A stretch of 64,000 bases of DNA from positions 8,537,408-8,601,407 of the forward strand of contig CAVNZM010000009.1 in NCBI GenBank assembly GCA_963693365.1. The letters run 5' to 3'. The DNA is from Amoebidium appalachense (Eukaryota; Protista; Ichthyosporea). The stretch's first letter is position 1. The number at the start of each line of letters is the position of its first letter. The notes beneath the pieces were generated by a model. That model was given only the letters and a program-made list of their open reading frames with translations. It was not told the DNA's origin and did not search any database. A program made the position numbers and the translations under genes. Of the stretch, positions 50,543 through 64,000 are shown in pieces.

Positions 50543-51699
50543 TTTACGCTGGACGAAGCAGCCACCACGACAACTCAGAAAAAGATTTGGGAAAGTCGAG
50601 GATAGGGTGCAGCACCAAGAATAGATGATTTTGGGTAATCCCATTTACGTTTGACGATTATTGTTTTCATGCATGGGTTATAACATATTATGTAGCAAAC
50701 AATGTTCCTGGGAGGAAAGCAGGCAGGCGGGCAGCCAGTTACCTATAAAGCTATCTTGTGTCACTCGTGAAAGGTGTGTTCTGCTGTCAGCACACAAGTA
50801 AGTCTGGCTGGAGTTATGTTTACACTTTGCACAATAGAAAAGCTAACCAAAAGAAAAGACGTTCACAAGCACTACAAAAACAAAAAGTTATAGGTGGGAA
50901 AGTGCACTTCGAGCTGACCTTTTTACGAAGGAAAATCAAAAAACAGCAGCACCAAAAAATTGAAAGAATCCACACCAAGAGGTAACAAAACATCTCCACC
51001 CACTGGAAAGTGGCGAACTGTTTGACTGTGCGGTTTCATCAAGATGCCCGCGCATACCGGTGAGCCGGGGGGGAGCAATTTCACCGTGAAATTTCACACC
51101 ATCTTGTATTTCAATGATTTATGTTCATTCACATTTTGTTTGGACAGTCCTTGAGGTTGCGGTTCCAACTTTGTGTATATGCGTTACGTAATGCATATAA
51201 AAGACCATGCAGAAACAATAGAAAAAAAAGTTTTAGTATGCAATAGTTGGGGGATGGAAAAAAGTAAAAAGCACCAGTTTGCAACTGTGACATCAAGTAA
51301 ATATTGTCAAAGCCGACTCGTGGATATAACTATATTTGGCTAATTCTTATCATACATCCGCGGCATGACTGTTGTGACTAAAGCTAGGATCGACGCAAAT
51401 CAAATTCGAGAGACCTCATTTCTGTTAGACAATGTAGTTGCATAATAAAGACAACCAAAACGGAGGTAGAAAGTTAGTATGTCTGTTCAACTAGATATAC
51501 ATAGGTTTATATTTATGCACCATATCACCAATGAAAAAATCTACTGAGCCCAACCATGGCATCTCGCCCTAGGCCTATGCCAGTGGGAGTCAGTGTAGAT
51601 AATTATAATTGCATTGGTTTTGTTGGACCCAGGAATTCAGATACGAAACTAACCAAATATTACATAAGGAAACGTTGAAAGATTGAGAAATATAGGTTG

Positions 51700-52106
51700 G
51701 ATGGATTATTGAGCATATTGAACGACAGAACAAGTAGCATGTAAGGAACACATGGAGCTCGAGCATTTAATTTGTACCCATTTGAGGTTTCCGAGTGAAG
51801 ATCAAACAACACACCACACCATTTTATACGAACATGTCCCCAAAAATGTGGTTTGTTCTCAACCTGTATTCCTCCAGACATACACACCCCGATTTACCCG
51901 GGCCCATACACAACATGCATATGCCACAGTGAAAGATCTAGCCTAGTAGTACCGAATATTACTGTGCTTGATTTCATACTTAACTCTGGCGAAGTTCTAC
52001 TATTCCAAAAGTGTATGGATTATCTGGACAAAAATGTAATACGGTGTCAGAATGCTGACTAGGGCCGGTGTACTTGGGAAAAAAAAAAAAAGAAAAAAAG
52101 AAGGGA
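51700..52106 (+). pseudogene. 3'-end remnant of a related LINE with poly(A) tail
   Basis: NITVLDFILNSGEVLLFQKCMDYLDK matches NILDFILNTRNYDLFIRCIDWLEK at ~9640; A-rich tail at 52079-52106. The left boundary is approximate. Confidence 0.7.
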
Positions 52107-52309
52107 AAAAAAAAAAAAAAAAAAAAATCTCCACGTATGACGTATGCCTAGGCCTGATACGTTATATATATCTCCACATGTGATTTGTATGCTGTAAGTG
52201 TAACCTCGATTTTTTACATGTATATCTTGTTGGGTGGAAGTACTGTTGGCCTTGGGTCCGACAACTCATCACAGCTCACCTACAATACATGTCGTTAATA
52301 AACAGCACA

Positions 52310-52340
<31 letters not shown>

Positions 52341-53228
52341 AGTGGAGATACGTTGGACTAATGGATGGAATAGACTCCAAATTGAATAGATCCCAGTTTC
52401 TATCGAACCCCCCAACAATTTTCCGTTTATTGTTCATGGCTCTCACAGGCATGCGTTTTTATTACCTCAGGAATGTGGCATATGGTACAGCCTTACGAAA
52501 GAAAACGGTCAAATCCTAGGCCCATAGTGAATTATAAGCCATTTATCTTGGTTTCTTATATTAATATTTAACGTTGAAAAATTTAAAATGTTCCCCTTTT
52601 GCACAAACGCACTTGCGATGGATGGCTCTTGCGCAGCGGTTTGCACTCGAAAAGCATCCAGGCTGTATCGCGGAAATAGCCACACATACCAACTTAGCAG
52701 GAAGCATTTTGATTGGGACACGCGGTGCCCATCGGACATTCCGGGAATTACAGCTATCATGCCGAAACTTTGCGGAATTCGAGCGGCTATTTGTCAGGAG
52801 GCCGCTATTGTAAACAAACATCCGCACCTCTGTAGGCGTTTTTTTTTTTTTTTTAAGGAAATTTAACTATTCCTAAATATATACCTAGAACCAAATAGCT
52901 TCAGCAATATGTCTTCTACCTTTAAACATGTTACTTGGTCAGGCGGGATTCCGGAGACAGAGGTGTCGTCGTCAGTAAACCGACGGCGGTACCAGTATAC
53001 ACAAGCTGCATGCCTCCGGCGCATCGCGGCTCTCCGATTGGCTGATTCTTTGATGTGATTGCCCGTGATGTGATTGCCCGTACGCGTGAGTCGTACAACG
53101 GTACACTGTCAAGTGCGCGTGTCTCAGTGCAGACTCTTCTACTACTGTATTTTCTGTCCGAACATCGTGACTCTTCTTTTTATTCTCTCGAGATCTCGTG
53201 ACAAATCCCCCCGCCCCCCCCGTTGTGT

Positions 53229-53259
<31 letters not shown>

Positions 53260-53269
53260 GGAGGGCACG

Positions 53270-53314
<45 letters not shown>

Positions 53315-53389
53315 TGTGTGTGTATGTGTGTGTGTGTCCCCCCCCCCCCCCCCCCCCCCCCTCTCCCTCTCTCTCACTCCCTCCCAGAC

Positions 53390-53420
<31 letters not shown>

Positions 53421-53446
53421 AGGTCTAGATCTATCTCTCTCTCTCC

Positions 53447-53495
<49 letters not shown>

Positions 53496-53556
53496 TGTAT
53501 TCCTACTCTGATTACTTTCTCTAGCTAGAGTCTCTCTCTCTTTCTCTCTCGGGTTC

Positions 53557-53603
<47 letters not shown>

Positions 53604-53627
53604 TATCTATCGATATCTATCTATCTA

Positions 53628-53673
<46 letters not shown>

Positions 53674-53697
53674 GATCCTGGCGAGTCCGAGTCTCGA

Positions 53698-53733
<36 letters not shown>

Positions 53734-55169
53734 TTTACCATAATTGATCTTCCGCGGGCTACACTGCTCCACTCTCAGCAATACCTGCGCACCCACGGCA
53801 TGCACACAAGTCACCTCCCTGAGGCGGCTTGTAGCTGTCAGCGTAATTGGACCAGGTTTGGCAACTCTTTTCCTTTTCTTAAGGTTTTCTTTTGTGTAGT
53901 AGTGGTCTAGTTTGTCTAGCCTCGGTTATTTTGTCTGTAGTTATCTGATTGGTGTGCCCGGTTTTTGGTTCTATTTGCGAGGTAGCCGTGAAGTGTGTAG
54001 TAGTTAACATTTAACAAAGGGGTGTATTTCGAAGTGCATCAAGATGTGCATCATATCCATGCATACTATGAAGCACACGTTGTGTTTCCGGATTTGCCGG
54101 AGGAGGCTCGCGGCCATTAAGGTGCAATAAGCCTCCGTGTGTGTGCCGTGTCATACCGACGGTGTGTGTGTGTCACACTGTATGTGTGTGTGTGTGTGTG
54201 CGAGCGCGCATGCGCCACTTTAGAACCAAGAACCAACCCAAATTTTATGGCCCATTGGCACGTAAATAATTCAAAAAAAGCCCTGTCCAAACCGCCAAAG
54301 GAAGAAGTGGCCATGAGAACACTTCTACAAAAGAAGAAAAAAAAGAAAAAACGAAACATGAGAAGGCAAGCACAGAGACTAATATTAATATATATTCTCG
54401 TTTTCTCGTTTGCAATTTTGGGCGTTTCTGATGTGTGTGTGTTGGGGGGGGGGGGGGGGAGGGACTGGAGGAGACAGAGACCGGGCTTTTTGAGAACGGG
54501 GAGTTTGCGTTCATGTGCGACAGTCTCAAGAGACTCTTGTACGTGTGTATGTGTTACCCTAACAACCAGCACAAGAGCACGATATATACATTCGTGGGTG
54601 TTAGAATTTTGGGGGGATGACTGTGGCAGCTAAGAAAGGCAACACGGTGAAGCACATGTTAAAAACCACACTGGGAAGAGTGGCCAACAGGATGAAGAAG
54701 TTTCGATTTAGCGGCTGGCAAAGGCTGCACACACATAACGAAGAAAGAAGAGTAGCCGCAACCTCGGGAGGGAAGGGACAAGTCCCTTTTGCGTTTCTAT
54801 TTCAGCACCCACCACAGGCAGGTCCAATAAACAACAGCAGCGGCTGCATCCTAGCTCTAAACAGAAGTCGGTCCGGCCGACCAGTCCTGGCAGCTACCAA
54901 GAGCTCATTGTGCGTCACAGTATAAAAAAGTACATGTAATATGACCTTCGTTCGTGCTATTGTCTATTCACAGGTGCACATTCCATACTTTCGTAGCATT
55001 TCAAAACTACAATTCAAAGGGCAGAACAAGACAAACGGTTTGTGCCTATTCAGGAAAACGAGCGAGCCTCTGAAGGCTGAACATATGTGTTCTCGCACAA
55101 ACTTGGCGAGTAATATATATATCTTTACAGGTAAAGAAAAAATTCTCTAAATCAAAAAACCTTAGCGGT

Positions 55170-56019
55170 CTAAATCTCATTGGTGGACTGGGGAACAGGT
55201 GTGAACATATTCGAGATTTCCGCAGCCAGTTCGCGCTGTTCCTGGTTAATTAGTTGACACACCTTCTCCATGGTCTCCTTGCCTTTCAGCGCTGTGCTTT
55301 GAAACCGCTCCACCATTGCTGTCTCTGCTTTGTGAGCAAACCGAGCGAAATTGGCTGTGACACAGCACTCCTGATTGAACTGAGTCTTATTCGGATCGTC
55401 TGGGTCTACCGTATAGGTGCAGGTCTCCTCGACCGTCAACAGGTTAGCGAGCGTGATGTTTTGGGACCTCAAAACCATGGACTTCTTGCTGCTGTCAACC
55501 TCTGAAACTTCATACACAAAGCCCTGCAAGAGAAAAAGCAAGTTAGTAGATAGCCAGCTAGGACTTTTGAGGGAAGCAGGGATGCCCAAAAACTCCGAGC
55601 TGCGCGGCTGGCTCTGGCGTGCTTACGTCAAAACATGTAAATACGTGTGCGGGTGTATGAATGTGAGGGAGAAAGAGGTGTGTGTGTGCTGAGTGCTATT
55701 GTGGGCGGGCAAGGGAGGGAGGGGGGAGGGGGGGAGGGGGAGCGGAGGAGAGGGGAGGACACAGACAAAACATGTTGCACACCTTGTTCCCGGTGAAGCC
55801 AAAGAGGGGACCAAGCCATGACGGAATGTTGCTCACGACGGATATGAGACGCGTTGTAGACATGACACCATCAGGTTGCACCTTCCGATCTATTACATCT
55901 ACAGACAGGATGTGGGGGCACAGAGTCGGAGTAAGTTGGTTATTGTACTTCCTCCAGCTAGCCTCAGTAACCTTTTCCCATGGGTGGGAGAAAGTGTGTT
56001 GTGTTTCCCAGAACTTCAT
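55170..56019 (-). CDS. PRELI/MSF1-domain protein (Ups2/PRELID3/slowmo-like mitochondrial lipid-transfer protein); exons 56019-55783 and 55523-55170
   Basis: MKFWETQHTFSHPWEKVTEASWRKY, SVDVIDRKV, YEVSEVD, RSQNITLANLLTVEETCTY and KGKETMEKV are family-typical. A phase-0 GT-AG intron gives 196 aa. Confidence 0.92.
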
Positions 56020-56952
56020 CTTCGACGGACAAAAAAGAAACTAAACCAAGAACAGGTGACCACTAGCCTGTATAGAGCGCGTGTCGTTCTTTCAAACGAA
56101 GCTTCCCTAGGATAGCTGTAAAAGGAACCACGATGTTCCAGCAATCGTGGACCGAACAAGCTAAACGGGTACGAAAATGGGAAGAAGAGAAAGCAACGAC
56201 TGAAGTTAGGGAAAGGGGCACAGAAGATTTTGGCCTGCTGCGCGGCCGCTGGCGCGCCACGCGAACGGCGACAGATGACTTTGACCCTGGTTTTGTTAAA
56301 CGTTTTAATGTATTTAATGTATTTTGTGACCAATGGCAACAGGCCTACGAGCAAGGTTAAAGAGATGATCAATGCCGCCATTGTTTCAAGGCTGTGTCTG
56401 GGCATGCATGATATTTAGCTTATACATAAGGACGATGGTTTCAACTCGTGACTTACTCGTCATTCTTTGCCTGTATTTAACTGCAGTCGGTGATATAATC
56501 GTCTAGTAATAGAAAACCCTGCAGTTTTATAAAACTAATATTAATACTATTAATAATTTAAAGTATTATAAGGTTATTTATATTCAAGAATGAACAATGT
56601 GGAATTACCACATTTTCCTATGATACCTCGAGTACTGTAAATGTCGATTTTTCCCTACGAACTCCAATCAACGTGCAGCACGTCTTGGAAATCTTGCCGT
56701 GTGCTAAACACCTGATCGTTCAGAATCACGTGTCTTCGGCTCTGCGCATTGTTGGGCTCGGTAAGCATTTAGCAGGATGCCGTGTACATGGTTGCCTCAG
56801 AAGTCTAATAAGCATTTAAAAAATATATATATATATTCGTTCACCAAAAGAATAGGGTATTTTGTAGTCGTTTTCTTTTATTTGTCGCTTGAACCACTGC
56901 CTATTTACCTGCCTCTGCACTAGTTTTGATCAATTGGCTTGCACATGAATAC

Positions 56953-57338
56953 TTGGGATATTCGGGTTGGTTTTAAGGTTTTCGGTTCGGGCCGAATGCC
57001 CTAACGGGCCGCAGGCCCGCTTATCGGGCCGCTAGGCCCTAGGCCGCTAGGCCCGGGGCCGCTAGGCCCGGGGCCGCGGGGCCCCGGGGACCGGGGCGCC
57101 CGACCTGGCCCGCGAGCCACCCCCGGCCCGGCCAGCGGCTGCTAACCCCGGGCCCCGGGGGTCCGGGCCGGGTCGGGGGTGGCTCGCGGGCCGGATCGGG
57201 CGCCCCGGTCCCCGGGGCCCCCGGCCTGGCGGCCTAGGGCCTAGCGGCCTAGGGCCTAGCGGCCCAATAAGCGGGCCTGCGGCCCGTTAGGGCCTTCGGC
57301 TCGACCCGAAAACCTTACAACCAACCCGAATATCCCAA
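56953..57338. repeat. Long imperfect palindrome (foldback/MITE-like)
   Basis: TTGGGATATTCGGGTTGGTTTTAAGGTTTTCGG... pairs with ...CCGAAAACCTTACAACCAACCCGAATATCCCAA, and complementarity continues inward through GGCCGCTAGGCCC subrepeats. Confidence 0.9.
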
Positions 57339-57583
57339 TATTGCTTCATTCTGATTGGTTGTCACACCACGGGGTTTCCCGATTGTTCTTCCAATGACAT
57401 TTTCTATCACTATCGACAATTCTCCAACATTAGAACAGAAAACGGTTTATACCCAGATGGCCAGATCAAATTCAGTGTGTAAAAAGAGGTGGATAAAACG
57501 GGATAAAAAACGGGATAAAACAGGGAGTCAAAATGATCTGGCCATCTGGCCATGTGGCCATATAATAGCAAATCACTAGCATG

Positions 57584-58195
57584 TAAGACACTCACTGCCA
57601 CCACTGGGGGGCCTGGTTCTGGCAGGACGGGAGGCAGAGGAGGCAGAGGAGGCAGAGGAGGCAGAGGAGGCAGAGGAGCAGGCGAGACTGGCGAGCCACT
57701 CACAGCGTGGATAAATAATATGTGTGCATATTAAGACACTCACTGCCACCACTGGGGGGCCTGGTTCCGGCAGGACGGGAGGCACACGTGCAGGGGTGGA
57801 TGCACGTGTTATGGCACTGCGCCGGGGAGTGGATCCGGGAGGCAGGGGAGGCACACGTGGCTGCGGAGGCAGAGGAGGCAGGGGGGGGGGCTGGGGGGGC
57901 TGGGGGGGCACTCAGTGTGTGGATATATATTGTGTATGCATATGGCCATGGTCACGTATACTAAGAGACTCCACTGGGGGCCTGGTTCCGGGCAGCAGGG
58001 GGGGCAGGGGGGCAGGGGTGGATGCACGTGTTATGGCACTGCGCCGGGGCCTGGTTCCGGGAGGACGGGAGGCAGGGGGGGCTGGGGGGGCAGGGGGGCA
58101 GGGGGGGCAGGGGGGCAGGGGGGGCTGGGGGGCAGGGGGACAGGGGGAGCAGGCGAGACTGGCATGCCACTCAGTGTGTGGATAAATGTTGTGTG
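57584..58195. repeat. Composite G-rich repeat with 3-4 imperfect units (CCACTGGGGGGCCTGGTTC..GGCAGGACGGGAGGCA, GGAGGCAGA subrepeats)
   Basis: Unit heads near 57584, 57732 and 57962; shared blocks GGATGCACGTGTTATGGCACTGCGCCGGGG and GCAGGCGAGACTGGC. Confidence 0.75.
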
Positions 58196-58251
58196 TGCAT
58201 AGTGTATGTTGGCATCATGCGGCTGGTTGCGTAATAAAGGCAGAAGCCACG

Positions 58252-58865
58252 ACACGTGTGGTGCCTAAACAGCCTATAGGCATGCTCCGTGTGCAGGGCA
58301 CCAATTTCTACCCTCTTCTGGTTGGTGCCAAGAGGCAGTGCCCTACACGTGTGGTGCCTAAACAGCCCATAGGCATGCTCCGTGTGCAGGGCACCAATTT
58401 CTACCCTCGTCTGGTTGGTGCCAAGAGGCAGTGCCCTACACGTGTGGTGCCTAAACAGCCTATAGGCATGCTCCGTGTGCAGGGCACCAATTTCTACCCT
58501 CTTCTGGTTGGTGCCAAGAGGCAGTGCCCTACACGTGTGGTGCCTAAACAGCCTATAGGCATGCTCCGTGTGCAGGGCACCAATTTCTACCCTCTTCTGG
58601 TTGGTGCCAAGAGGCAGTGCCCTACACGTGTGGTGCCGAAACAGCCTATAGGCATGCTCCGTGTGCAGGGCACTAATTTCTACCCTCTTCTGGTTGGTGC
58701 CAAGAGGAAGTGCCCTACACGTGTGGTGCCTAAACAGCCTATAGGCATGCTCCGTGTGCAGGGCACCAATTTCTACCCTCTTCTGGTTGGTGCCAAGAGG
58801 CAGTGCCCTACACGTGTGGTGTCTAAACAGCCTATAGGCATGCTCCGTGTGCAGGGCACTAATTT
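58252..58865. repeat. 93-bp tandem repeat, six copies plus a partial
   Basis: ACACGTGTGGTG starts at 58252, 58345, 58438, 58531, 58624, 58717 and 58810. Confidence 0.97.
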
Positions 58866-58900
58866 GTTGTGCCTTCCTTTTTTGGTTAGATCTGTACCCG

Positions 58901-59095
58901 GCCAATGGTTAGCAGCCACGGGTTTGTTTTCATCAAGCTTAGACGTGATACTTTGCCAATCATCAAAGCCGTTTGAGTGACAATGACCGTTGATTGGTCA
59001 GATCTATCCCATTGAGCCTTGGCACCATTGCTGTAAGCTGCTTTGTACCGTGGCATATAAAAGCAGCACACACGGTCACATTCACTCATTTCAAC
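58901..59095 (+). promoter_or_regulatory. Putative Pol II promoter (CCAAT boxes, TATAAAA at 59056, Inr-like TCA(C/T)T)
   Basis: GCCAAT near 58902 and 58955, ATTGG near 58993, TATAAAAG about 100 bp upstream of the ATG at 59159. Confidence 0.45.
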
Positions 59096-59158
59096 ACTGA
59101 CACTCAATAGTAAAAGGCGACACACAACAAACTTGTTTTTCAAACACTCACACGAAAC

Positions 59159-59865
59159 ATGGATTCTTTGAAAGAGGAGCTTCAACAGCTGCAGAACTTG
59201 AAGCGCTTTGATTTTCTGTACACGGACCATAATGGTCTGGCTTAACGGCCCTGCACACCGACCTCATATTCAGCCTCCGCAGTCAAGTGACCAATGAGAA
59301 TGCTGCGCGTACCCCCCGACCCCCCCAACCCCAGCCCTCTGATGTAGAGGCACGACTGAGGGCAGCCGAAGAGCAGATCAAGACCCTGCAGGCCGAGCTT
59401 GCCAGCCTGCAACGGGCTGCAGCACCCCGCCGGGATGGCCAGGTGGCCTATGAAAACTACATTTTCAGTGGCCCTCGCAAGACTACCCCTGTCGCCAAGA
59501 CCACCACTCTGACTGCCCCCACCCCTGCCGCCAAGACCACCACTCTGACTGCCCCCACCCCTGCCGCCAAGACCACCACTCTGACTGCCCCCACCCCTGC
59601 CGCCAAGACCACCACTGTGACTGCCCCCACCCCTGCCGCCAAGACCACCACTGTGACTGCCCCCACCCCTGCCGCCAAGACCGCCCCTGCCAAGGCCACC
59701 CCTACCACCAAGACCACTCCTGCCAAGACCACCCCTGCCGCTAAGCCCAGGCCCAAGCACTCCAAGACACCTGAGACTTCGTTGCATGACCATACGATGG
59801 ACCTCGATGCACAGCTAACATCAGCAATCTTGCGCGAACATCCAAAACATATCAAACCCATCTAG
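59159..59865 (+). CDS. Hypothetical protein with a coiled coil and five 12-aa AKTTT(L/V)TAPTPA repeats; probable frameshift near 59240
   Basis: ORF 59287-59865 has coding-like codon bias, DVEARLRAAEEQIKTLQAELASLQ, and 36-bp repeats at 59494-59673. An upstream MDSLKEELQQLQNLK frame starts at 59159. Confidence 0.5.
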
Positions 59866-61330
59866 GATATGCAGCTGTATATTAATGGATACCTTTTAGA
59901 TATACAAAAGATATGTAGGATGGTTTCGGTCGAACATATCAATACCATCCACTGGATATATACAACATGTCTATTTCATCCTGACCTCCAACCGATGTCC
60001 AATATATATGTAGTTGCATGCTTAGATAGTGATCAAGATATTGCTCCCCCATTAGATATCACATATGGATATCCATGCTGTACCTCCATTGAGCATCGTT
60101 GTGATATCACATATCTGGATATGCAATCAATGCTTATATGGATACATAATTGCACCTATAATGGCCATTAAATACACATTAGATGCATATGAATGCAGAC
60201 ATCAAACGCCATCTGGTTGGTTCGGCATGTATTGGATATTAGACAGATGCCCACAATGGATATCGACGCTGGATATCCAATGATGGAATTTCAACTGCAT
60301 TCCTCCGTTGGATAGCTATATGGATATGTAACATTCTGGATATCCATTTGGATGCTTAGCTGTATATTAGACTGGATCAGTAACAACATATCCAATACAT
60401 GACTGACATGGATATCCGATCAATATCCCCATACAGATATCAAGATATCCCTGTAGCAAGACATGCAATACACCTAACAAGTATATCCAATGGCGGTCTA
60501 TAGTGGATGTCCATCCAAGTTGGATATCCATTGATATATCCAGATGGATCGCTAATACATGTGCACTTGACCCCAACGCTAATGAACAATGCATGCCCAT
60601 ATTGGATACGTTCAATGGATATCCATTCCGATATCCAGATACATACGCATTTGCTTGTCCACTAGACCCTCCTATAATAACCAAAGCATGACGATTCCAC
60701 ATATCCAATTAGATCACCAAATATGGCTCTGACGGTTATCCATATACACCCGCACGCTGATGTCCAATAGACAATCATACTAAGACACAATGGATAGCTA
60801 TACTGGTTATCTAGGCTCAACATCCATACAGATATCTTGATACACCTGCATTTGCCCATCCACTAGACCCTAATACTAATATCCAATGAATGACGAAAAT
60901 ACATATCACAATAGACCCCCATACCGATCTCCAACGGCTATCCATATGCACCCCTGCTTACCCATCCAATATATGTCGATATTCATATACAATGCATCAC
61001 CATTCACAATATCTAAGCTTAATATCCAACATGATATGCGGATACATATACACCTACATATGCACTCGGCACCTATGTTGATACCTAATGCATGAAAAAC
61101 AAACATATCAAAGTAGATGCCCAACCTAATGCAGCCTAACACTTAACAAACATACATGTTTTGGGATATCCATTTACACCCGTATCTAATACTCAAAATA
61201 TCACTATAACAGCTATCTGGGTTGATACCCATACAGATAGCCAGATACATCTGTAGCTACATGTCTAGGGTATATCCACTTGGATTAATTGCATAATTTT
61301 GGTACTGTATATCTGCAGCATACTGATCTA
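59866..61330. repeat. Second long GGATATCC/GATATC-rich non-coding tract
   Basis: More than a dozen GATATC plus many one-mismatch variants by eye; no credible ORF. Confidence 0.65.
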
Positions 61331-61604
61331 TTAGGGTGTATTTGATATGTAATAAGGCATTTCCGGGTAAACATTATACATCTTTACCGATCCATCGCAT
61401 GACCATATGATGGCTAATGACCACCATTGATAAATAAATTATGTCTGGTCTTATATATATCACATAAGTAATACTTATCCACGGCACAAAGTTACACAAC
61501 CACGTTATACTCGGTTCCACAAATCAAGGGGAAGAAATAGATAAAAAGAGGAAGAAAAAAAAAAGAAAAAATATAGTTTAGTGACAAACACACACACACA
61601 TGAG

Positions 61605-61787
<183 letters not shown>

Positions 61788-61815
61788 GTCCCCCACAAAC
61801 ACACACACACATGAG

Positions 61816-61937
<122 letters not shown>

Positions 61938-61968
61938 GGGGGGGGGGGTAACATTAAAAAAAAGTAAC

Positions 61969-63838
<1,870 letters not shown>

Positions 63839-64000
63839 CTGCCGGGGGGGGGGGGGGGGGGAGAGAGAGAGAGAGAGAGCCCCAGGGGGGGGGGGGGTTG
63901 GTGTCAACCGTGGCACTGGATATCCATTTGAGCATACTCTATACGGGTAATTGTTCCCAAAACCATATGCATTGTAGCTCTAATTGTACATTAGGATGAT

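Noticed and set aside
52510-52830. Complex-sequence island as an ncRNA or exon
   Set aside because: No recognisable RNA family motif or protein similarity by eye.

Overview
Eukaryotic, repeat-dense genomic DNA with spliceosomal introns and long (CA)n, (CT)n and poly-G/C tracts. The host cannot be named from the sequence. About 46 kb is a transposon nest: a 185-bp satellite, a decayed APE-RT LINE plus related remnants, an intact Ty1/Copia element (12962-20151), a second Copia family on the minus strand, and two near-identical Ngaro-type tyrosine-recombinase retrotransposons in opposite orientations plus a remnant. The nest also holds a small cassette with a virus-like PD-(D/E)XK nuclease pseudogene, a C2H2 gene fragment and a tRNA-like head. 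Two host genes follow: a 4-exon C2H2 zinc-finger gene and a 2-exon PRELI/Ups2-family gene. The right end has a 386-bp palindrome, tandem repeats, a GATATC-rich tract and C-terminal exons of a Plavaka-like transposase split by a microsatellite intron. The best novelty candidates are a 56-nt-periodic, covarying hairpin array shared by the 3' non-coding regions of two Copia families with dissimilar LTRs, their half-tRNA-type PBSs that diverge mainly at the anticodon-pairing bases, the GATATC-saturated tracts, and the virus-like cassette. Several stretches look like low-quality long-read consensus, so frameshifts in homopolymers are not trusted. All alignments, counts and family calls were made by eye.
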